NCBI GenBank assembly: GCA_009838515.1
Contig: VXRL01000002.1
Span: 83,248 to 147,247, forward strand
Length of the DNA: 64,000 nt
Direction: 5' to 3'
From: Terriglobia bacterium
GTDB lineage: Bacteria > Acidobacteriota > Terriglobia > Bryobacterales > UBA6623
Shown: positions 9,512-17,711 of the stretch, one piece after another
Layout of the letters: the number at the start of each line of letters is the position of its first letter
Position numbering within the stretch: position 1 is the first letter of the stretch
The notes under the pieces: model-generated
Database searches by the model: none
Seen by the model: the letters and a program-made list of their open reading frames with translations, nothing else
Told to the model about the DNA's origin: nothing
Made by a program: the position numbers and the translations under genes

Positions 9512-9979
9512 TCAAGGCGTCTCGGGGCGAAGCTCCTTTGGTCCGATGCTTCGAATGAAGAGCACGACTCGCCAGATCTCGTCATCTTGCAGCTGCTTGC
9601 CGAACGGTGGCATTTCGTGGCCGGCGCCGTCCCGGATCGACACAAAGATCTCGCCGTCCGTCGCTCCGTAACGCCACTCGTCCGGATCGCGCAGGCTCGG
9701 GGCCTCGAAGTCCGGATTCGCCTGGGCCCTGCCGTCGGCGCCGTGGCAGTATTGACACAGCCGCAGATAGGCGTTGCGGCCGGCCTTGACGGCCTCGGGC
9801 GCGTAAGCGACCGGGTTTTGCAAGGCCTTGGCCTGCTCTGCCGGCATGCGTTCCGCGGCCGCGCCAGGGGCGACCGCCAGAACCGCCCCGCAGGCGAGGC
9901 CGCACAGCGCCGCGCGCGCCTCGGTCCGCGTGAGACTAGTGCGGATTCGCCCTGCCATTCGCACAGACAGCATAGCCAC
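9512..9979 (-). CDS. class I c-type cytochrome, exported
   Basis: 155 aa with a signal peptide and a single heme motif CQYCHG. A distal Met region (GHEMPPFG) is present. It lies 47 nt upstream of the TPP enzyme on the same strand. Confidence 0.85.
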   Translation of the reverse strand: MAMLSVRMAGRIRTSLTRTEARAALCGLACGAVLAVAPGAAAERMPAEQAKALQNPVAYAPEAVKAGRNAYLRLCQYCHGADGRAQANPDFEAPSLRDPDEWRYGATDGEIFVSIRDGAGHEMPPFGKQLQDDEIWRVVLFIRSIGPKELRPETP

Positions 9980-10140
9980 TCGAGGCTTGCGCTGCCAAGT
10001 TCGGGGCGAAAAAACGAAAGACGCTTCGAGGCGGTGGCCTCAGAGCGTCTTCGAAAGGGTGCCGGAGGGGTAAGTCAGGGGTCTTTGGTTGAGGATTAGC
10101 TTGCGTTGGTGGGGTTGTCCCCCCCGGCACTCATTACTCT

Positions 10141-10240
10141 ACTGGATTCCATAGGCCGTTGCAAGCGAATTTACAGATTTTTGTAGAATATTTTTCACGT
10201 TTGCTCATAACAGATTGAAAACAAATATGTTACGAGAGAT
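10141..10240 (-). promoter_or_regulatory. AT-rich intergenic island, probable promoter region of the cytochrome c / TPP operon
   Basis: About 100 bp that is far more AT-rich than anything nearby (for example ttacagatttttgtagaatatttttcacg). It lies upstream of the cytochrome c gene on the minus strand. I could not assign exact -35 or -10 boxes. Confidence 0.3.
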
Positions 10241-10285
10241 TCCAGCGCGCTCCGAGGGCACCGCAAAGAATCCGTGAATAGGGAT

Positions 10286-11077
10286 TTAGCGTAATGTCAG
10301 CGCTACGGGACGTATTGGCGAGCCCGTGGCGCCCCGTAGCCGCAGCGGTGATGCTGCGAAGACAAACTCGCAGACGCCTTCTGCGGAAAGGCTCTCGAGG
10401 TCCAGCGCCTCGATGATGTGAATGCCGCTCTCGACCAACAGGTGGACATGCACGGGCATGCTCGGGGCGGGCACGAACTCGAACGCGATCGTGTCGGAAC
10501 CGCCAGCGAACGCTCCCTTGGCGCTCAGCCAGCCCGCCGCCTCCCGGTTGACGCCAGGGCAGTGCAGGCCATTCACGTACCGGCCAGCATCGTGCCAGTA
10601 GCGCGCCCAACCCGTGCGCACCAGCACGATGTCCCCGGAGGAGACCGTGATGCCAGAGCGATCTGCCGCCCGCTCGAGGTGGTCGGCGCCTACGACGAAG
10701 TCATCGGGCAGCACTCCGAAGCCCTCGGTGGAGGCGACGTCGAGCAGGACTCCGCGGCGAAAGATCGGTGCGATGGTATCGACATGGTGCACTGACAGGC
10801 CGGTCGTGTACGACTGACAACCGACGGCATCAGCTCCGCCGAAGAGTTTTCCATTCAGGGAAAAGTGGCACAACGCGTCGATGTGCGTTCCCACATGCCC
10901 GCCGAGCGCGAGCGCATCTGCAGCCGCGCTGACTCCGTCGCGGGTTGTCTCCCCGTGAGCCTTGTTGAGCCCGTACAAGAACGGCGGATGGTTTGGGTGG
11001 TGGGGCATGCCGGGATAGTACGGCTGTGCCAGATCGATGACGCGCGACTCGTCTAGGCGCTGCAGCAAGTCCTGCAT
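10286..11077 (-). CDS. cyclase-family protein (kynurenine formamidase-like)
   Basis: 263 aa. It has the cyclase-family metal motif GGHVGTHIDALCHF. Confidence 0.8.
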   Translation of the reverse strand: MQDLLQRLDESRVIDLAQPYYPGMPHHPNHPPFLYGLNKAHGETTRDGVSAAADALALGGHVGTHIDALCHFSLNGKLFGGADAVGCQSYTTGLSVHHVDTIAPIFRRGVLLDVASTEGFGVLPDDFVVGADHLERAADRSGITVSSGDIVLVRTGWARYWHDAGRYVNGLHCPGVNREAAGWLSAKGAFAGGSDTIAFEFVPAPSMPVHVHLLVESGIHIIEALDLESLSAEGVCEFVFAASPLRLRGATGSPIRPVALTLR

Positions 11078-11369
11078 AGCAGGGCATTCTACCCGTTGTC
11101 ACGAAGTAGCTGCCCGGTGTCGTCGGCCGCGTCTGACCGCGGAGCGTGGGCCACGGCTTGGCCAGACTCTGGCGGCCGCTGTGGCAACCAGCGGCTGCGG
11201 GCAAGGCCGGAGAGGGGCCGGCGTCAAGCCCGGACAAGGACCGCGTCCGAACGCTGTTCGGGCAGCGCAGCAGGAGGCGCTGCCAGCCGAATTCGTGATA
11301 CTCTCAGGGTTTTGCGGCGGCACGCCTCCGGCCGGGCGGGCCGCCGCCGCAGTCTCCCCGCCAGCTTCC

Positions 11370-12110
11370 ATGAAGTGTAGTTTCACCGGCGAATCAGTTC
11401 CGACCGATAAGCTCTTTCTGCTCTACTACCCCCCCGATGCGGCCCACGAGACTTGGGAGAAGTCGACCTTTGCGGCCGCCCGCGCCCGCGAAGCCATCGG
11501 CGAGGCGCGTCAGTGTTTGGTCTCCTTTTTTCGGCGCTATGTGGCTACCGCGCGGAGCCTGCCGGGCCTGCTCATGGTCTTCGGCGGGCTTGCACTGTTA
11601 GGGATTTGGATTCATTCGGCGATGCGCGGCTGGGGCGAGCTAGGATTCGTCGTACGGTATTTGGCCCCCGCGGTCTTGCTGGTCGTGACGTTCGTCGGCA
11701 GTACTTGGGTTTCCGCGTTCCTGGGCCGCTGGAAGCTCTGGCGGCGAGGCTGCAAGGAGGCTGTCGCCAACGAGCTGGCCGCAGTATCCCGAGTCATGAG
11801 CGACTTGCCGGGGGATCCGGACGCCGAGCAGGCCGCCGCGATCATGCGTCGCGAGGTTCCAAGCATCATGTCGGAGGTGGCCTTTTTCGGCCAGAACTTC
11901 AAGGCGTTCACCTACATGGACTTCGTGCTGGGTCCGAAGCTGCGCAATCCGGCCGACCGCTCCGAGCTGCCGCAGGCGCACAGCCCGTATCGGGATGCCT
12001 ACTATGTGGGCGAAGTCGTTTACGACAATGCGCGGATGTTCCAGAAAGACAGGCGCACCACCAGCGATCCCCGCTTCGTGGGCAGCGGGGGCCGTCGCGG
12101 CGTGATCTAG
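11370..12110 (+). CDS. hypothetical membrane protein
   Basis: 246 aa from the ATG at 11370 (MKCSFTG...). It has two clear hydrophobic helices. I recognise no family. The track ORF starts at 11037. Confidence 0.5.
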   Translation: MKCSFTGESVPTDKLFLLYYPPDAAHETWEKSTFAAARAREAIGEARQCLVSFFRRYVATARSLPGLLMVFGGLALLGIWIHSAMRGWGELGFVVRYLAPAVLLVVTFVGSTWVSAFLGRWKLWRRGCKEAVANELAAVSRVMSDLPGDPDAEQAAAIMRREVPSIMSEVAFFGQNFKAFTYMDFVLGPKLRNPADRSELPQAHSPYRDAYYVGEVVYDNARMFQKDRRTTSDPRFVGSGGRRGVI

Positions 12111-13270
12111 CCCCGGCCGTCCGCGCGCAGGCTCTCGAGCGGATGTACGCGGTCCTTTAGCGGGAAGTCGATCACTTTGCGCTGAAGTTGCGAGGCATAC
12201 ATGCCTTGTGTCATTTCGACAGTCCAGCGTCCGGCACGCTCGCTGCAGGCGGGCTCGCCGCCTGTCTCGATCGCCCGCAGCAGGTCTTCCACCATCAGCG
12301 CGTTGGCCGTGAGGTGGCGCTCGCTGCCGAAACTGCGGTGCTCCGCCTCGATCAGCTCCCACTGCCGGTCGCGTCGCGGCACCCAAGCCGGAGATCGCAG
12401 GATGTAGGCCTCCGAGCTCTCGTCGTAGACCTCGTTGGGAAGGAAGATACAGCCCTGGGCGCCGAAGACGTGCGTTCCGAATCGCCACGGATGGGTCTGG
12501 CTGGACTCGTTCGAGGCGAAGTAGCCGTGCCGGCCCTGGCCGAACGAGAACATCGCGGACATCTGGCGGCCAGCGATGGGTCCGATCGGCTCGTTGGGCT
12601 TGCGCAAGTGGTCGAAGCTGAGTTCCTCGCCCTTGGACGTGATGTGCGAGAAGACCCATTCCGGATCTCCCAGCACGGCGCGCATCATGTCGAAGATGTG
12701 CGATCCGAGCACGACCAAGTCCTCGCCGCCGGCGCGATAGTCCTCCTTGCCCCGCCCCCTCACCTCGTGGATCTCGCCGATCTCGCCGGATTGGATCATT
12801 TCCAGGGCCTTGAGCGTGAACGGAGACCGCCGCATCTGGTGCGCCAGCTGGACCTTGACGCCGGCCTTGCGGATGGCATCCACCATTTGATCGGCGTCTT
12901 CCAGCGTGGCTGCGAAGGGCTTCTCGAGATACATGTGGCAGCCCGCTTGGGCGGCCGCAGTCACCATCGCGAGCCTCTGGTCGGTGTGGCGCGGGCAGAT
13001 GCTGACGATGTCGGGCTTCTCCCTCGCAAGCAGTTCTCGGTAATCGGCGTAGGCGTGCGCGGCGCCGGTTCGCTCCTGCGCCTTGGTGCGGCCGTCCTCG
13101 TCCGGGTCGGCGACTGCGACGACCTGCGTCTGGGGGAATACGGGCCAGACGTCCCCGATGCCGTGGCCGAAGTTGCCCCGGCCGGTGTGGCCGATCACAC
13201 CGACTCGGTAGCGGACCTGAGCGCTGAGTGGGACCGCGAGTGCGGTCGCGAGGAAATGCCTGCGCTGCAT
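12107..13270 (-). CDS. Gfo/Idh/MocA-family oxidoreductase with twin-arginine signal
   Basis: The N-terminus MQRRHFLATALAVPLSAQ looks like a Tat signal. It is followed by the Rossmann motif VGVIGHTGRGNFGHG. Confidence 0.85.
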   Translation of the reverse strand: MQRRHFLATALAVPLSAQVRYRVGVIGHTGRGNFGHGIGDVWPVFPQTQVVAVADPDEDGRTKAQERTGAAHAYADYRELLAREKPDIVSICPRHTDQRLAMVTAAAQAGCHMYLEKPFAATLEDADQMVDAIRKAGVKVQLAHQMRRSPFTLKALEMIQSGEIGEIHEVRGRGKEDYRAGGEDLVVLGSHIFDMMRAVLGDPEWVFSHITSKGEELSFDHLRKPNEPIGPIAGRQMSAMFSFGQGRHGYFASNESSQTHPWRFGTHVFGAQGCIFLPNEVYDESSEAYILRSPAWVPRRDRQWELIEAEHRSFGSERHLTANALMVEDLLRAIETGGEPACSERAGRWTVEMTQGMYASQLQRKVIDFPLKDRVHPLESLRADGRG

Positions 13271-13366
13271 GGCCTGACTATATCAATCGGGCGGTCGCGC
13301 AGGTCAGCGAGACGTCAGGCCGAGTTCCGGCCGACGGCCCCAATATGTCCGATCTTCGAGCTGCAG

Positions 13367-13813
13367 CTACTCCGACACCTGCGTGAGCTCTTGGCCGCCC
13401 TCGACCCAGCCCTCGATCCCTCCGAACTGGATCTCGTTCTCGTAGCCGTTCTCTCTCAACATGGCCGCCGCACGGGAGGCCCTGCCACCGCGCCGTCAAT
13501 AGGCCACGATGGGCTTGTCGCGAGGCACTTCCGCCAAACGGCCCTCGAGTTCGTCGATCGGGATGTGGGTGTAGCCCTCGATCGCGCCGTCCTGCACCAG
13601 TTCCTCGGGCGTGCGCACGTCGAGCAAGAAGATGTCTTCCCCGCCGGCCAGCCGTGTCGATACGTTCCCGACGTCAAGTTCGGTCGGAGCGGCGACCTCG
13701 GTGGCCATCGCCTCGCCTTCCGATGAAGTGGCTGTGTCGGGGCTCTCGCCTCCGCCGCAGGCCGCGAGGGCCAGGGCGGCCGAGAAAGCCCCACATGCTA
13801 GTGCTCTTGTCAT
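13367..13813 (-). CDS. rhodanese-domain lipoprotein with in-frame TGA at the catalytic Cys position (candidate selenoprotein, or a nonsense pseudogene)
   Basis: The track ORF (13496-13813) ends ...DKPIVAY, then TGA at 13498-13496. The same frame continues RRGGRASRAAAMLRENGYENEIQFGGIEGWVEGGQELTQVSE to a TAG at 13369-13367. This completes a canonical rhodanese active-site loop [C/U]RRGGRA and C-terminal helix. The signal has lipobox LALAAC. AGGAGG lies upstream of the ATG at 13813. Confidence 0.6.
13463..13493 (-). promoter_or_regulatory. candidate SECIS-like hairpin(s) just downstream of the in-frame UGA
   Basis: The mRNA reads UGA CGGCGCGGUGGCAGGGCCUCCCGUGCGGCGGCC. Two mutually exclusive folds were found by hand. 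In the first, GCGCGG pairs with CCGUGC plus an inner GGC/GCC. In the second, GGCC-U-CC pairs with GG-C-GGCC around a CGUGC loop. Neither was energy-evaluated. Confidence 0.3.
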
Positions 13814-13825
13814 CTCGTCCTCCTG

Positions 13826-14719
13826 TTAGGCGTGCCAGCCGAGCGTGGACGCCTCTGGTATTCGCTGGACTAGGTCCGCCAACTCGTAACGGTCTTCCGC
13901 TCCGATCGTGAAGCAGTCGATGCAATCCAGAGCCAGCGCATGCTGCAGGGCCTCGCCCACGCGGTCGCGCAGGACGCCCTCGCCGAGAATCTTCATGCCG
14001 ATGACGCCCTTGCCCGCCGCCTTGATCTTGCATAGCTCTTCGATCACGGTGGCCGGGTCGGCGTCCATGCGGGCACCAACTGCGTTGACCCGGGCCAGGT
14101 CTACGTCGATGAATTCCTGTTTGTGGACTTGGCGCAGCGCGGGCAGCGAATGGCAGGAGATCCCGCGTGACTTGACGATGCCTTTCTGCTTGTACTCGTT
14201 GATCACGTCCATGGCGCCTTGGCGCTGGACCGGCCAGTCTTCCTCGCGCACCGCGTGCAACAGCAGCAGGTCGATGTAGTCGGTCTTGAGTTCCCTGCGG
14301 AAGCGCTCGATGTCCTCGCGCATGCCCTTCGCGGTCTTGGTGGTGGACTTGGTCATGATCACAACCTTCTCGCGAGGGATGTCTTCCAGGGCCCGCCTGA
14401 GGTGCGGGTGGCTGCCGTAGGCATCGGCGGTGTCCCAGAAGTTCAGCCCGCTGTCGAAGCCGAAGCGGTACAGGTCCGCCAAGCCCTCCACGCCCAGCTT
14501 GCGCGTTTGGTTGGACGCGCCTCGGAATCCACTAGTGCCGGTGCCCATGGCCAGCCGCGACGGCTTCAGGCCGTCCGGCCCCAGCGCCACGGTGTCGTAG
14601 GCATAGCGACGTGCCGGGTTCTCCGAGTAGCCGGTGACCGCCCCGAAGAGCTTGTGCTGCAGCGCCGCTAACGGAGCCCCTGCCAGCAAGGAATGGCGGA
14701 CGAAGTCTCGTCTTCTCAT
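13826..14719 (-). CDS. aldo/keto reductase with twin-arginine-type signal
   Basis: The N-terminus is MRRRDFVRHSLLAGAPLAAL. AKR motifs FWDTADAYG and the C-terminal region are present. Confidence 0.8.
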   Translation of the reverse strand: MRRRDFVRHSLLAGAPLAALQHKLFGAVTGYSENPARRYAYDTVALGPDGLKPSRLAMGTGTSGFRGASNQTRKLGVEGLADLYRFGFDSGLNFWDTADAYGSHPHLRRALEDIPREKVVIMTKSTTKTAKGMREDIERFRRELKTDYIDLLLLHAVREEDWPVQRQGAMDVINEYKQKGIVKSRGISCHSLPALRQVHKQEFIDVDLARVNAVGARMDADPATVIEELCKIKAAGKGVIGMKILGEGVLRDRVGEALQHALALDCIDCFTIGAEDRYELADLVQRIPEASTLGWHA

Positions 14720-14794
14720 GATGTGAATTCCAGCGTCAGGCTACCACAGCGCCGCAGTCCGCGAAGCCCGCGCGCCGCATTCCCGGACTTGGAG

Positions 14795-15598
14795 TCAGGG
14801 GGCGGGGGTGATCTTCAGGTTGCGGAAGTGCGCGATGGTCGAGCCTTCCAGCCAGAGCGCTACCTTGCCGGACGCGTTCGCGCCGGACTTGACGTCGTTT
14901 ACCAACAGGGTCGGCTGCTCGGCGCCGTTGACGTAGATGCGGGCCTTCTCGCCTTCCACGGTGATCTTGACCTTGATCCATTCGCCCGGCACGATATCGG
15001 CGTACGTCTCGTAGCGGCTGGGCGTCTCGTTGCGGAACTTGAACCACGTCCATTCCGGGTGCGAGATGTACTGGACCGTGTGGTTGCGACGCTCTTGGTC
15101 GTCGGCCCGACCGTTGGTCGGCCGCAGGTAGAAGCAGTCGTAGGTCTTGCGGTCTTCCTGCAGCCGCCAGACGATGCCGACGAATCCGCGCGCGCCGCCC
15201 TGCGCCCCCGGAGCGGGCTGGCCGGAAACCTCGACCTCGATGGTGCCGTTTCCGAATTCCGAATCCTTGACGATAGCGAGATGATTGGTGCGCAGCGCCT
15301 CGAATGTACCGGGGCCCCGCGGCTGCTCGCCGCGCGCTCGCATGGCAGCCACCATTTCCGCCCGCCTCTCCCGGGTCGCTTGCAGGACCTCGGGATCAGC
15401 GCTCACCTTCAGGCCTCGCTGGCCATCGAGTGAGTCGGGCGTCGCCAGGACGTTGACCAGCTCCAGCCCTTCTGCGGAATCCAGGGCAAGCTCCTGTGCG
15501 GCCAGCGGCAGCGACAGGATGGCCAGGCACAGCGTCCAGAGGAGCGGTTTGGCGCGCCCGGCCGTGCCTGGGGCCGGGATACGTGCTACTCGCTCCAT
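14795..15598 (-). CDS. DUF1080 (3-keto-disaccharide hydrolase-like, LamG fold) exported protein
   Basis: It has a signal peptide. The family-typical C-terminus reads GKVALWLEGSTIAHFRNLKITP. Its start overlaps the end of the upstream DinB gene by 13 nt. Confidence 0.7.
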   Translation of the reverse strand: MERVARIPAPGTAGRAKPLLWTLCLAILSLPLAAQELALDSAEGLELVNVLATPDSLDGQRGLKVSADPEVLQATRERRAEMVAAMRARGEQPRGPGTFEALRTNHLAIVKDSEFGNGTIEVEVSGQPAPGAQGGARGFVGIVWRLQEDRKTYDCFYLRPTNGRADDQERRNHTVQYISHPEWTWFKFRNETPSRYETYADIVPGEWIKVKITVEGEKARIYVNGAEQPTLLVNDVKSGANASGKVALWLEGSTIAHFRNLKITPAP

Positions 15599-16119
15599 GG
15601 AGGAGTCACCCCGTTGACGCGAGTGTAGGCGATCATCTGGCCGAGATGCTCGCTAAGGTGGTTGAGGGCCATCAGCATCCCGCCGCGTTTGGTGGTGTCT
15701 TGGCCGAACATCTTCATTGCGCTGTCGGCTTCGCTTGCCGATAGCTTGCCGACCGCGCCTTGGAGATGGGCGAACGATTTCTCGAGGGCGGACTTGATCT
15801 CGCCTGCATCGGTCGTCGAATCCGGCAAGCCTCTCACGTCAAGCCCTTCGGGCGGATTCGTGCCGAACGCCCGCGCTACGAAATAGTTCGCGGATGCGAC
15901 GTGAAGCAAGACCTCCGACATCGAGCGCACGTCCTCACCGGGCCGGTAAGTCTGCTTGTCTCCAACCATGACGTCGCACAGCCCCGTGAACTTCTCCTCG
16001 AGTTCGGCCAAGCGGCCTTCGGCCTCTCCGACAAACCCCTCGGCGGCCACTAGCGCTACCGGCGCCACTAGAATCGCGAGCCCGCAGAATAACGTTGCGG
16101 GCCACCTTCTCACATTCAT
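15586..16119 (-). CDS. DinB-family protein with N-terminal signal or anchor
   Basis: 177 aa from the ATG at 16119, which is preceded by GGAGG. DinB-like His motifs are present (LLHVASANY, LNHLSEHLGQ). Confidence 0.7.
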   Translation of the reverse strand: MNVRRWPATLFCGLAILVAPVALVAAEGFVGEAEGRLAELEEKFTGLCDVMVGDKQTYRPGEDVRSMSEVLLHVASANYFVARAFGTNPPEGLDVRGLPDSTTDAGEIKSALEKSFAHLQGAVGKLSASEADSAMKMFGQDTTKRGGMLMALNHLSEHLGQMIAYTRVNGVTPPWSE

Positions 16120-16272
16120 CACAACCTCCAGCTTGAAGCACTTGCCTGCGTTGGGAAACCCCAACGGAAGCCCCCATCGCAGGCCATCAAAACTCTCGCT
16201 GCCGCTGTACAGCGACGACAACAAGTAGATAGGCTAGCCAAACATGAAACTGGTTACCGCTCCGGGACGAAA

Positions 16273-16491
16273 TCAGCCGAGGCCCAGGTCGTTCGCGCTC
16301 TCGAGGATCGAGCCGCAGGCGGCGCATACTTGGCTGCCGCAACGCAGGCAGGTGGCCGCCCGCACCGCGCTTCTCGCGCAGCGCGGGCAATAGCTCTCTG
16401 GATCGCCGCCGGCGGGCTCGTCGGGAGAGGTCAGCTCGCCGCGCAGCGGGCTGCGGCAATCGCCGCACAGGATGGACTGGTCCGCGCGCAT
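16273..16491 (-). CDS. small Cys-rich double zinc-ribbon protein
   Basis: 72 aa with four CxxC pairs (CGDC, CPRC, CLRC, CAAC). Confidence 0.45.
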   Translation of the reverse strand: MRADQSILCGDCRSPLRGELTSPDEPAGGDPESYCPRCARSAVRAATCLRCGSQVCAACGSILESANDLGLG

Positions 16492-16652
16492 GGCCGGAGA
16501 GCTACCACGCGATCATAGACGACGATCAGGGCGCGGCAACGCCAGCGAGTCTGCGCGGCGAACGCCATGTCCGACCAAGCGCGCCCGCAAACATCGCGCT
16601 ATCGCTGTGTGAGCGTGTAAGTTCTTGTATTACAATACCTTACGAGAATCCT

Positions 16653-16661
16653 TGGTATAGT
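16653..16661 (+). promoter_or_regulatory. extended -10 promoter (TGGTATAGT) giving a leaderless hemE transcript
   Basis: TGG plus TATAGT ends at 16661, and the A of the hemE ATG (16668) is the 7th nt downstream. There is no Shine-Dalgarno sequence. A short inverted repeat GTATT-AC-AATAC lies just upstream. Confidence 0.45.
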
Positions 16662-16667
16662 AGAGCG

Positions 16668-17711
16668 ATGCGCCAGCGATTCCTCCGCGCATGTGCCGGC
16701 GAGGCCGCTGATTGCACTCCGGTGTGGTTCATGCGCCAGGCGGGGCGCTACATGACCGAGTACCGCGCGTTGCGGCGCGACCACACGATCTTGGAGATCT
16801 GCAAGACGCCCCGCCTTGCCGCAGAGGTCACGCGGCAGCCAGTCGACGCCTTGGACGTGGACGCGGCAATCATCTTCGCCGATCTCCTGCTGCCGCTGGA
16901 GCCGATGGGACTCGGGCTGGAGTTCGTGGCCGGTGACGGCCCGCGAATCGAGCGGCCAATCCGCTCCCGCGCCGATATCGATAGGATCGAGACCGAGCGC
17001 GCTGCGGACTTGGATTATGTCGGCGAGTCCATCGCCCTGGCGCGCCGCAATCTGGACGACCGCGTCCCCGTGATCGGATTCGTCGGCGCGCCATTCACGC
17101 TAGCGAGCTACATGATCGAAGGAGGGGGCTCGCGCCATTACGCCGCCACTAAGAGCTTGATGTGGAACGACCCGTCCGGATGGCGGGAACTGATGGAGCG
17201 CATCGTCGCTGTGCTGGCGCCGTACGCTGCCAGCCAGGTCGCCGCTGGTGCCAGCGCCATCCAGATCTTCGACAGCTGGGTGGGTGCGCTGTCGCCGTCC
17301 GACTACGAGCGCTTCGTCCTGCCGCATTCGCGGGAGTTGGTGCGGCGGATCCAATCCGGCGGCGTGCCGGTGATCCATTTCGGCACTGGCAATGCGGGCT
17401 TTCTGAACTTGTTCTATCGAGCTGGCGGCGACGTGCTGGGCTTGGACTGGCGCGTCGACCTGGCGGCGGCGTGGGAGCGCGTCGGCCACGACACGCCAGT
17501 TCAGGGAAACTTGGACCCGATCGCCTTGCTGGCGCCACTGCCAGAGCTGCGCCGCAAGGTGCGGGCCGTCTTGGCCGCGGCGAACGGACGGCCCGGCCAC
17601 ATCTTCAACTTGGGTCACGGCATCATCCCCGAAACACCCGTCGCACATGTCCGCGCCGCCGTGAGCATGGTCCGCGAGTACTGCGCCGAGCGACAGGCAT
17701 GTCCCGGGTAG
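16668..17711 (+). CDS. hemE: uroporphyrinogen decarboxylase
   Basis: It carries the signature PVWFMRQAGRYMTEYR. The 347-aa length is typical. Confidence 0.95.
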   Translation: MRQRFLRACAGEAADCTPVWFMRQAGRYMTEYRALRRDHTILEICKTPRLAAEVTRQPVDALDVDAAIIFADLLLPLEPMGLGLEFVAGDGPRIERPIRSRADIDRIETERAADLDYVGESIALARRNLDDRVPVIGFVGAPFTLASYMIEGGGSRHYAATKSLMWNDPSGWRELMERIVAVLAPYAASQVAAGASAIQIFDSWVGALSPSDYERFVLPHSRELVRRIQSGGVPVIHFGTGNAGFLNLFYRAGGDVLGLDWRVDLAAAWERVGHDTPVQGNLDPIALLAPLPELRRKVRAVLAAANGRPGHIFNLGHGIIPETPVAHVRAAVSMVREYCAERQACPG

